Shown here: positions 44,295-51,816 of the stretch, piece after piece
How the letters are laid out: each line of letters begins with the position of its first letter
Numbering within the stretch: the stretch's first letter is position 1
Notes under the pieces: generated by a model
What the model was told of the DNA's origin: nothing
The model's database searches: none
What the model saw: only the letters and a program-made list of their open reading frames with translations
Made by a program: the position numbers and the translations under genes
Source: Chloroflexota bacterium
GTDB taxonomy: Bacteria > Chloroflexota > Anaerolineae > 4572-78
Direction of reading: 5' to 3'
Assembly (NCBI GenBank): GCA_011192195.1
Contig: DUEH01000003.1
Location: forward strand, 3,734 to 67,733
DNA: 64,000 nucleotides

Positions 44295-44355
44295 TGAAAA
44301 TAAGCTGTCAGTTGTCAGCTATCAGCTTTCAGCGGTCAGCTTTACTGAATTTTCA
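44295..44355 (-). repeat. Clamped leader module: TGAAAAT - (AGCTRWC)n array - ATTTTCA, directly 5' of the SD
   Basis: On the coding strand: tgaaaat (44355-44349), a heptamer run (44345-44301), attttca (44301-44295), then aaggaga and the ATG at 44279. Confidence 0.8.
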
Positions 44356-44516
44356 TCCCCTGTGGTGAAACCGGTTTAATGAAAACTCCCTTGAAAACAG
44401 ACCGCCGACGGTGCAAACTGCCCTAATGCGGGCTATTTGAGACCGCCGACCGCCGAATTGCTCGTTCCCACGCTCCTGCGTGGAAACGCATACCATTTCA
44501 TTTGGATGCGTTTCAT

Positions 44517-45158
44517 TTACATTTGCATCAATGCCAGAGCGTCGTTGGCGGCGGCGGAGGCGTCCGGCGAGAATCGGTCTGCGCCGACGCTTTCGGCAAA
44601 GGCGCCGGTGACGGGCGCGCCGCCGATCATCACTTTTACCTGCTCGCGCAATCCCGCCTCTTTCAGCGCCTCGATGACCGTTTTCATCGAGGTCATCGTG
44701 GTAGTGAGCAGGGCGCTCATCCCCAGAATTTCCGGTTGGTGTTCGCGGATGGCTTCCACAAATTTGGCGTGAGGAACGTCAGTGCCCAGGTCAATCACTT
44801 CAAAGCCTTTGCCTTCCATCATCATCCCCACCAGGTTTTTGCCGATGTCGTGCAGGTCGCCTTGAACGGTTCCCAAGATGACTTTGCCGATGGGTTCCAC
44901 GCCGCCTTCCACTAATTTTGGGCGCAGAATGGTCAGTCCGGCTTTCATGGCTCTGGCGGCAATGAGCATTTCCGGCACAAAGATTTCCTGCGCTTCGTAC
45001 AGAGCGCCCACTTCGCCCATTGCTTCGATCATCCCCTGATTGAGAATGACCGAGGGATCGCCGCCCAAATCCAGCGCTTCCTGAACGCCTTCGCTGGCTC
45101 CCGGCGCGTCGCCATCAAGGATGCTTTCATAAATTTTGTCCAGTACGTCGTCTAGCAT
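44517..45158 (-). CDS. Corrinoid (B12-binding) protein, MtaC/MtbC-like
   Basis: 213 aa. N-terminal helical cap domain and a Rossmann B12-binding domain with 'GDLHDIGKN' (DxHxxG) and 'GMSALLTTT', '...VMIGGAP'. Confidence 0.9.
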   Translation of the reverse strand: MLDDVLDKIYESILDGDAPGASEGVQEALDLGGDPSVILNQGMIEAMGEVGALYEAQEIFVPEMLIAARAMKAGLTILRPKLVEGGVEPIGKVILGTVQGDLHDIGKNLVGMMMEGKGFEVIDLGTDVPHAKFVEAIREHQPEILGMSALLTTTMTSMKTVIEALKEAGLREQVKVMIGGAPVTGAFAESVGADRFSPDASAAANDALALMQM

Positions 45159-45204
45159 AGGTGTTTTCTCCGGTAATAAATTGCGTTTTGAGTTTCAGGT
45201 ATCT

Positions 45205-46443
45205 TTACTGAAATCCGCCGCTGGGGTCAGCCAAACCGCGTTCAGATTGAATTTTTTCTTCATAGCCGCTGGCTCGATAGCCGGCGATGGGGTGGCTGGG
45301 GACCCCCATTTCCCGGCGAATTTGCGCCAGCAAGGGGCGCACATCGCTGCGGTAGGCGTTGTTGAGAATGTCATGCGCGCCCAGTATGTCGCCGTTGCGC
45401 TGCGCTTCGGCCAGTTGTTTTCTGGGAACCAGCAGGGCTTTGGCGTAGGATTCCTGACAGTTTAGCACGGAGTAGATGATGGGCGCCATCTTGCCCTCGA
45501 TGTTGTGACACTGGTCAAGCATATAAGCAACGTTTTGAGCGGTGGCGCTGGTAATTTCGTCGTCGCTCAGTTCGGCTCCCACCAGTTCGTTGTAAATGAG
45601 GAACAGTTCGTAGGGGTTGACGCTGCCCACGATCAGATCGTCATCGGCGTATTTGCGGTTGTTGAAGTGGAAGCCGCCCAGTCGCCCCTCGTCCAGCAGA
45701 AAAGCCACAATTTGTTCTATGTTGACGCCCTGGGCGTGGTGTCCCAGGTCTACCAGAACCTGCGCTTGCGGGCCAAGTTTTAGCGCCCAGGCGTAGGCGG
45801 TTCCCCAATCGGGGATGTCGGTGCTGTAGAAGGCCGGCTCAAAGAATTTATACTCAATGAGCATACGGCTGTTTGCGGGCAGGTGTTGGTAGATGGTGCG
45901 CAATCCGGCCTCAAAGCGACGTTTGCGCCCGCGCAGGCTGTCTTGCCCGGCGTAGTTGGTGCCGTCGGCAAACCACAGGCTCAGGGTGTCGCTTTTGAAT
46001 TTGGTCATCAAATTGCAACATTCCAGAATGTGATCCAGCGCCCGTTCCTGAATAGCGGGGTCAGGGTTGCCCAGCGAGCCTAATTTGTACTCGTCGTCCT
46101 GAAAAACATTGGGATTGACCGCGCCAATACGAATGCCCTGCGCTTCGGCGTACTGGCACATAGCGTCGTAGTCGTCGTCCGCCGGGCGATCCCAGGGAAT
46201 GTGGACAGCGACGGTAGGGGTGATGCCGGTCATTTTGTGAACCATTGCCGCATCATCGAGCTTTTGTTGGGTGGTAGTAGCAGCGCCGGGCCAGGCAAAG
46301 GCCTTGAAGCGGGTGCCGCTGTTGGCGTAACCCCAACTGGGGGTTTCTATGTGTTGGTTTTTCAAGGCGGTTTTGACTTGCTCAATATCGATGCCAAGAT
46401 TGCTCAGGTCTTCTACCAGTAGGTCATAAGCTTTGTTTGACAT
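45205..46443 (-). CDS. rhaI: L-rhamnose isomerase (Pseudomonas stutzeri / xylose-isomerase-like TIM-barrel type)
   Basis: Collinear with that family: '[12 protein letters not shown]', 'HIPWD', '[11 protein letters not shown]', 'VLVDLGHHA', '[15 protein letters not shown]', 'YRASGYEEK'. Start at 'MSNKAYDLL' with RBS aaggaga. Confidence 0.9.
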   Translation of the reverse strand: MSNKAYDLLVEDLSNLGIDIEQVKTALKNQHIETPSWGYANSGTRFKAFAWPGAATTTQQKLDDAAMVHKMTGITPTVAVHIPWDRPADDDYDAMCQYAEAQGIRIGAVNPNVFQDDEYKLGSLGNPDPAIQERALDHILECCNLMTKFKSDTLSLWFADGTNYAGQDSLRGRKRRFEAGLRTIYQHLPANSRMLIEYKFFEPAFYSTDIPDWGTAYAWALKLGPQAQVLVDLGHHAQGVNIEQIVAFLLDEGRLGGFHFNNRKYADDDLIVGSVNPYELFLIYNELVGAELSDDEITSATAQNVAYMLDQCHNIEGKMAPIIYSVLNCQESYAKALLVPRKQLAEAQRNGDILGAHDILNNAYRSDVRPLLAQIRREMGVPSHPIAGYRASGYEEKIQSERGLADPSGGFQ

Positions 46444-46464
46444 TTTGCGTCTCCTTCTGAGGGC

Positions 46465-46513
46465 GGGTCTGTCTCTCGTTCCCACGCTCTGCGTGGGAAC
46501 AAGCGGCAGACCC
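46465..46513. repeat. Hairpin of the GTTCCCACGC...GCGTGGGAAC family
   Basis: Perfect inner stem gttcccacgc/gcgtgggaac (46478-46500) within outer gggtctg/cagaccc. Relatives lie at 8039-8058, 31340-31374 and 44464-44487. Confidence 0.9.
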
Positions 46514-46516
46514 CTG

Positions 46517-47617
46517 CTATTTATACACTCCGTGTTTTTTCACGGCGGCGATGAAGGCTTCAACGTTCTCCATAGAGACGTCAGACTGCACAATATGGGC
46601 CGGCGAACACATGTAGCCGCCGCCCGCGCCCAGAACGCGGATCTTTTCGGCCACGTTGGTCTCTATTTCTTCCGGCGTTCCTTGCGGCAACAAGTATTGC
46701 TGGTCAATAGCGCCCCAGAAAGAGAGTTTGTCGCCCAGACGAGATTTCAGGGCGTCCGGTTCGTGGCCGGGTACGTTGGGCTGAACCGGGTTGAAGACAT
46801 CAACGCCAATCTCAACCAGGTCTTCCAGAATAGGGGCCACCGCGCCGTCGGTGTGGTACATGATCATCACATTGGGGTTGACCGATTTTAGTTCCTGGAA
46901 TACTTCGGCATGGCGCGGCTTGAACAGGTTACGCCACATTTTGGGAGAAATCAACATGCCGTTTTGAGCGCCAAAATCATCGCCGGCCCATACGCCGTCA
47001 ACGCCCAGTTCAACCAGTTGTTTGCCAATTCCAATGCTGAATTCCTTGACCTTGTCCAGAAGCGCCTCGATGTAAGCTTCGCCTACGGCCATATCTATCA
47101 TAAATTTTTCCAGCCCCACCAGATGCCACGACATTTCAAAAATTGTCAACTCTAAATCGCCGATGATGAAGTAATTCTTTTTGTACATCTCGGCGTACTT
47201 TTTGGCGTCGTCAAAACGACCTTTCGCGTAGGGATCGGGGAAAGGGTGATTGCTTACATCTTGCACGGTGGTTGCGTTGCGCAAGGGGGCCTCTATGGTT
47301 TGCATATACAAGGGACCTTGCTCCATCAACATCCCAAATTCGTTGATGATTCGGCCTTCCTGGGGAACCGGATGGCTGTAGCCGCGCGGCAGGCTGCCGC
47401 CAACTACCACGCAATCGCTGCCCATTGCCACGCGCAATTCATTGGCTGAAATGCGATAGGTGACATCCTCAAAATATGAGGTGGTGTAGTGGATGGGAAT
47501 GTTATATTTTTTGCCAAAATCGTCGGTTAGTTTACGGCATAAATCAAACTGAAGCGGCACCCGATCAGGGGTTCCGCTGCGGCGCAGGGCGGTGAGTACA
47601 CGTTCTTTTGAGTTCAT
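46517..47617 (-). CDS. Uroporphyrinogen-decarboxylase (URO-D) family protein, MtaA/CmuA-like methyltransferase candidate
   Basis: 366 aa. '[17 protein letters not shown]' N-terminus and TIM-barrel URO-D-like layout. It has 'MYHTDG' at the position where MtaA-type enzymes carry the H-x-C zinc ligands. Confidence 0.8.
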   Translation of the reverse strand: MNSKERVLTALRRSGTPDRVPLQFDLCRKLTDDFGKKYNIPIHYTTSYFEDVTYRISANELRVAMGSDCVVVGGSLPRGYSHPVPQEGRIINEFGMLMEQGPLYMQTIEAPLRNATTVQDVSNHPFPDPYAKGRFDDAKKYAEMYKKNYFIIGDLELTIFEMSWHLVGLEKFMIDMAVGEAYIEALLDKVKEFSIGIGKQLVELGVDGVWAGDDFGAQNGMLISPKMWRNLFKPRHAEVFQELKSVNPNVMIMYHTDGAVAPILEDLVEIGVDVFNPVQPNVPGHEPDALKSRLGDKLSFWGAIDQQYLLPQGTPEEIETNVAEKIRVLGAGGGYMCSPAHIVQSDVSMENVEAFIAAVKKHGVYK

Positions 47618-47628
47618 TTCAAAACCTC

Positions 47629-47952
47629 CTAATCCAAATGAAAGACCTCTTCCAGTTCAATCATATTTTCATCGGCGTGAGCGCCGCCCAGGTCTTCAAA
47701 GTAGGGGGCCATAAAGTCTTGCCATTTGGCGTTGATGTCTTCTTTAGTCATCCCTTCCAGCGATGCCTGAAAACTTTCTTCGGCTTCAAAGTAGCCAAAG
47801 AGCAGGCCGTCTGCGCGCATAAAAAGGGAGTAGTTGCGCCAGCCGGTTCGCCGTAAAGCGTCCAGCATTTCCGGCCATACGGTTTCATGATGTTTTTTGT
47901 ATTCTTCTATTTTGTCTTTTTTGACTTTAAGAAGAAAACCGATGCGTTTCAT
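47629..47952 (-). CDS. rhaM: L-rhamnose mutarotase
   Basis: 107 aa. 'EEYKKHHETVWPEMLDALRRTGWRNYSLF...LLFGYFE' matches RhaM closely. Confidence 0.85.
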   Translation of the reverse strand: MKRIGFLLKVKKDKIEEYKKHHETVWPEMLDALRRTGWRNYSLFMRADGLLFGYFEAEESFQASLEGMTKEDINAKWQDFMAPYFEDLGGAHADENMIELEEVFHLD

Positions 47953-47957
47953 GTTCT

Positions 47958-48297
47958 TTATCCTTGCTGAATTTTGCAGGGCGTTTGGTGCAGCTTTTCC
48001 GCGCCTGTTCCGGTAATCAGGTAGCCGTCTTCAATTCGCAGGCCGCCCCACGGGGTGCTGAATAGAGGAATGTCAACCGATATGATCATATTCTCCGGGC
48101 ATCAGGACACAAACCGGCTCGAAATGAACCGGGAAATCGGCCAGCCACCGGGCGTGCGCCGGGCCAAATACTGCCCGATCATCGGCACAGGCTACCAGGA
48201 AATCAAGGTCATGGCGGGCCATCATTTTCTGTACTTTTTGCCACCGTTTACGATATTCCGCGACGGGTATTGTTGGTGTTGAGCCTTCAACTGCCAT
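47958..48297 (-). pseudogene. M24-family (Xaa-Pro peptidase/creatinase-like) gene remnant with an internal deletion
   Basis: An N-terminal 74 codons (creatinase-N-like '...RWQKVQKMMARHDLDFLVACADDR') end at a TGA. One frame over, '...GGLRIEDGYLITGTGAEKLHQTP...*' is a typical M24 C-terminus. The ~250-aa catalytic core is missing. Confidence 0.65.
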
Positions 48298-48327
48298 TTG
48301 AATTTTCGCGTCCTTTGGTTCGTTTTA

Positions 48328-48380
48328 CTGGTTCCCAAACTGATCCTTCGGTTTCGCTCAGGACAAGGTTTGGGAACCAG
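48328..48380. repeat. CCCAAAC...GTTTGGG interspersed element, copy 2
   Basis: ctggttcccaaactgatccttcggtttcgctcaggacaaggtttgggaaccag followed by T6, 12 nt from the binding-protein stop. Confidence 0.9.
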
Positions 48381-48391
48381 TTTTTTACAAA

Positions 48392-51300
48392 CTACTCGGC
48401 AGCCGCTTCAACGTTATCTGCATTGTAAACGGTGAAGGGACCCATCAGCACGCGCAGTCCTGCATCGCGGGTGGGGTCTTTCTCGATGGTGTAGGTTCCC
48501 ATCCGACCGGCCTCAAAGCTGACGCCTTCTGCGGCTTCCATCTGACCCGAAGCGATCAGGTAGGTGGTGTAGTAGGTCAGGTAGCCCAGGTCAACAAAGC
48601 TCCACAAGGCGAACTCGGGGGCGCAGCCGTTGAGGGTGTAGGATACCATCTCGGCGGGTAAACCAAGACCGCTAACCTTCACCTCGTCGCACAAGCCTTC
48701 GTCCTGCATAGCTTTGGCGGCGGAGGCAATGCCGACAGTTGTCGGGGCCATAATCAAGCCCAGGTCGGGGTATTTGTCAACCAGCGCCAGGGCCTGGTTG
48801 TAGCTGTCTTCGGACTGGTCGTTACCGTAAACAATGTCGACCAGTTCCAGCGCGTCATATTTGGAATCTTTGAGCGCTTCTTCCATAGCGGCAATCCAGG
48901 CGTTCTGGTTGGAGGCGTCGGGGGAGGCGGACAACACCGCAAACTGGCCGCCGTCATCGCCCAAAATGCTCAGGGCCATATCGGCCATAACTACGCCGGT
49001 TTCATCAAAATCTACCTGAGCAATGAAAACCTGCTCACCCTCGGCGGAGGGAATGGGAGAGTCCCAGGTAACAACGGCAGCGCCGGAGTCGAGCGCGGCT
49101 TGCGCAGCCGGAGCAATCTGGTCGCCGGCGTTGTTGGAGATCATGATCCCGTCCTGCCCTTGAGTGGCGGCGGTAGTGACAATCTCGATCTGACCTGCCA
49201 CACTGTTTTCGGGGGTCGGGCCAAGAAATTCCAGGTTGCCGGGATTGTCCAGTTCAGCGTGAGCTTCTTGCGCGCCGTTATTGGCCTGGTCAAAGACCAG
49301 AATACCCAGGAACTTGGGTAGCAGCACCATATTCAGTTCGACGCCCGGTTCAGGAACAACCACATCACCGGTATCTGCCGTTGCGGACTCGACTTCTGCG
49401 CCACCGGCGGCGGCTTCAACATTGTCTGCTGTGTAAACAGTGAAGGGTCCCATCAGCACGCGCAGACCGGCATCGCGGGTGGGGTCTTTCTCGATGGTGT
49501 AAGCGCCCATTCGACCCGCTTCAAAGCTGACGCCTTCTGCGGCTTCCATCTGTCCGGTAGCAATCAGGTAGGTGGTGTAGTAGGTCAGGTAGCCCAGGTC
49601 AACAAAGCTCCACAGGGCGAACTCGGGGGCGCAGCCGTTGAGGGTGTAAGATACCATCTCGGCGGGCAGACCCAAACCGCTGGTTTTTACTTCGTCGCAC
49701 AAGCCTTCGTCTTGCATAGCTTTGGCGGCGGCGGCGATACCAACGGTGGTCGGGGCCATAATCAGGCCCAGGTCGGGATATTTGTCAACCAGCGCCAGGG
49801 CCTGGTTGTAGCTGTCTTCGGACTGGTCGTTGCCGTAGACAATATCGACCAATTCCAGCGCATCATACTTGGAATCTTTAAGCGCCTCTTCCATAGCGGC
49901 AATCCAGGCGTTCTGGTTAGCCGCATCCGGTGAAGCGGACAGCACGGCAAATTGGCCGCCGCCATCACCCAGAATGCTCAGGGCCATATCGGCCATTACC
50001 ACGCCAGTTTCGTCAAAGTCTACTTGCGCGATGAATACCTGCTCGCCCTCGGCAGAGGGAATGGGGGAGTCCCAGGTAACAACAGCCGCGCCGGCATCCA
50101 TTGCCGCTTGCGCTGCCGGAGCAATTTGGTCGCCGGCGTTGTTGGAAATCATAATCCCGTCCATTTCCTGAGTGGCGGCGGTGGTAACAATTTCAATCTG
50201 TCCGGCTACGCTGTTTTCGGGGGTCGGGCCAAGGAATTGCAGTTCGCCGGGGTTGCCCAGTTCGGCGTGGGCTTCTTGCGCGCCTTCGTTGGCTTGGTCA
50301 AAGACCAGAATACCAAGGAATTTGGGGAGCAGGACCAGGTTGGCTTCCATGCCGGTTTCCGGCGTTACGGTTTCGCCACTTGCCGCGCCGGAATCTGCCG
50401 GTTCTGCCGCGGCTACTTCCGCGCCGCCGGCGGCGGCTTCAACATTATCTGCTGTGTAAATGGTGAAGGGCCCCATCAGCACGCGCAGACCTGCGTCGCG
50501 GGTGGGGTCTTTCTCGATGGTGTAGCTTCCCATTCGACCTGCTTCAAAAGTGACGCCTTCTTCGGCCTCAATTGCGCCGGTAGCCAGTTGGTTGGCAACG
50601 TAGTAGCTGAGGTAGCCCAGGTCAACAAAGCTCCACAGAGCGAACTCTGGGGCGCAGCCGTTGAGGGTGTAAGACATCATTTCGGCGGGCAGGCCAAGAC
50701 CGCTGACTTTTACATCGTCGCACAAGCCTTCATCCTGCATTGCTTTGGAGGCGGCGGCAATGCCGACAGTTGTCGGAGCCATAATCAGACCCAGGTCGGG
50801 GTATTTGTCGACCAGCGCCAGGGCCTGGTTGTAGCTGTCTTCGGACTGGTCATTACCGTAGACAATGTCGACCAATTCCAGCGCGTTATACTTGGAATCT
50901 TTGAGCGCTTCTTCCATAGCGGCAATCCAGGCGTTCTGGTTAGCTGCATCCGGCGAAGCAGAGAGAACGGCAAATTGACCGCCGTCATCTCCCAGGATGC
51001 TCAGAGCCATATCGGCCATAACCACGCCGGTTTCATCAAAATCTACCTGAGCCACAAAAACCTGCTCGCCTTCGGCGGAGGGAATGGGGGAATCCCAGGT
51101 GACAACGGTCATGCCGGCATCCATTGCCGCTTGGGCGGCGGGGACAATCTGGTCGCCGGCGTTGTTGGAAATCATAATAGCGTCAACGCCCTGGGTGGCG
51201 GCGGTGGTCACAATTTCAATCTGACCGGCTACGCTGTTTTCGGGGGTCGGCCCAAGAAATTCCAGGTTGTCGGGGTTGCCGATTTCGCCGGCAGCTTCCA

Positions 51301-51589
51301 ACGCGCCTTCGTAAGCCTGGTCAAAAACCAGAATGCCCAGGAATTTGGGCAGCAGTACCATTTGCAAATCGTCGCCAGAGGGCGCTTCTTCGGCTGCGGC
51401 TTCTTCCTCTTCAGCAGCCGGTTCTTCAGCAGCTTCTTCCTGCGCAGCCGGTTCTTCAGCAGCTTCTTCCTGCGCAACCGGTTCTTCGGCAGGTTCCGAG
51501 GGGTCCGGTGTTGCCTGTTCGCTGCCGCAACTTGCCAGCAGCAGGGCCAGAATGACGATCAAAACAAACAAGAATTTTCTGTGTTTCAC
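48392..51589 (-). CDS. Lipoprotein with three tandem complete RhaS-type (rhamnose ABC) substrate-binding modules
   Basis: Lipobox 'LLLASC', an acidic E/A/P linker, then three ~330-aa periplasmic-binding-protein units each starting '...[15 protein letters not shown]' and ending '...LMGPFT(I/V)Y.ADNVEAAA'. In-frame DNA periodicity is 1008 and 1023 nt. Confidence 0.85.
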   Translation of the reverse strand: MKHRKFLFVLIVILALLLASCGSEQATPDPSEPAEEPVAQEEAAEEPAAQEEAAEEPAAEEEEAAAEEAPSGDDLQMVLLPKFLGILVFDQAYEGALEAAGEIGNPDNLEFLGPTPENSVAGQIEIVTTAATQGVDAIMISNNAGDQIVPAAQAAMDAGMTVVTWDSPIPSAEGEQVFVAQVDFDETGVVMADMALSILGDDGGQFAVLSASPDAANQNAWIAAMEEALKDSKYNALELVDIVYGNDQSEDSYNQALALVDKYPDLGLIMAPTTVGIAAASKAMQDEGLCDDVKVSGLGLPAEMMSYTLNGCAPEFALWSFVDLGYLSYYVANQLATGAIEAEEGVTFEAGRMGSYTIEKDPTRDAGLRVLMGPFTIYTADNVEAAAGGAEVAAAEPADSGAASGETVTPETGMEANLVLLPKFLGILVFDQANEGAQEAHAELGNPGELQFLGPTPENSVAGQIEIVTTAATQEMDGIMISNNAGDQIAPAAQAAMDAGAAVVTWDSPIPSAEGEQVFIAQVDFDETGVVMADMALSILGDGGGQFAVLSASPDAANQNAWIAAMEEALKDSKYDALELVDIVYGNDQSEDSYNQALALVDKYPDLGLIMAPTTVGIAAAAKAMQDEGLCDEVKTSGLGLPAEMVSYTLNGCAPEFALWSFVDLGYLTYYTTYLIATGQMEAAEGVSFEAGRMGAYTIEKDPTRDAGLRVLMGPFTVYTADNVEAAAGGAEVESATADTGDVVVPEPGVELNMVLLPKFLGILVFDQANNGAQEAHAELDNPGNLEFLGPTPENSVAGQIEIVTTAATQGQDGIMISNNAGDQIAPAAQAALDSGAAVVTWDSPIPSAEGEQVFIAQVDFDETGVVMADMALSILGDDGGQFAVLSASPDASNQNAWIAAMEEALKDSKYDALELVDIVYGNDQSEDSYNQALALVDKYPDLGLIMAPTTVGIASAAKAMQDEGLCDEVKVSGLGLPAEMVSYTLNGCAPEFALWSFVDLGYLTYYTTYLIASGQMEAAEGVSFEAGRMGTYTIEKDPTRDAGLRVLMGPFTVYNADNVEAAAE
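51415..51493. repeat. 30-bp tandem repeat (2.6 copies) encoding the acidic linker
   Basis: cagccggttcttcagcagcttcttcctgcg occurs at 51415-51444 and 51445-51474, then a partial copy. It encodes '[10 protein letters not shown]' repeats on the minus strand. Confidence 0.9.
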
Positions 51590-51646
51590 GTTACTCCTCC
51601 TATTAAAACAATTTTAGATTTTGGATGTTAGATTTCCATCTATTTA

Positions 51647-51707
51647 TTCCCAAACTGATCCTTCGGCTTGCGCTCTTTGAGCGCCGCTCAGGACAAGGTT
51701 TGGGAAC
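51647..51707. repeat. CCCAAAC...GTTTGGG interspersed element, copy 3 (with an internal mini-hairpin insertion)
   Basis: ttcccaaactgatccttcggcttGCGCTCTTTGAGCGCcgctcaggacaaggtttgggaa, in the same orientation as copy 2. Confidence 0.9.
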
Positions 51708-51753
51708 GAGGGCACTTCATCTGCATTGATTCTCAATAGGCTGCTCCTTTTTT

Positions 51754-51816
51754 AATTATCAATTATCAATTGTTAATTGTTAATTGTCAATTGTTAACTG
51801 ATAATTGTTCATTGTT
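51754..51816. repeat. Tandem heptamer array (AATTRTY)n, 9 units
   Basis: aattatc x2, aattgtt x2, aattgtc, aattgtt, aactgat, aattgtt, cattgtt. It encodes the last ~9 codons ('NNEQLSVNN') and the stop of the permease gene. Confidence 0.9.

Noticed and set aside
45159-45204. Cobalamin riboswitch upstream of the corrinoid-protein gene
   Set aside because: The spacer is only 46 nt and lacks room for a B12 riboswitch (~200 nt). No B12-box-like sequence was noticed elsewhere in the locus.
48328-48386. CCCAAAC element copy 2 as the intrinsic terminator of the binding-protein gene
   Set aside because: The T6 tract follows the hairpin on the plus strand, but the gene is on the minus strand, where the hairpin is preceded by A6 and followed by non-U-rich sequence. 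Canonical rho-independent termination of that gene is therefore not supported.
48392-51589. Triplication as an assembly artefact or three separate genes
   Set aside because: The repeats are in frame (offsets 1008 and 1023 nt) with no stops or starts with SDs at the junctions. They differ at roughly 10% of nucleotides, mostly synonymously, which a collapsed or duplicated assembly would not produce. Read-level confirmation is still desirable.
49952-51631. 559-aa plus-strand ORF, with many 60-100-aa ORFs recurring at ~1-kb spacing, antisense to the triple binding-protein gene
   Set aside because: This is a shadow ORF on the opposite strand of a strongly supported CDS. The product is low-complexity (G/V/A/F-rich) with no motifs. 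The periodic recurrence simply mirrors the triplicated coding repeat.
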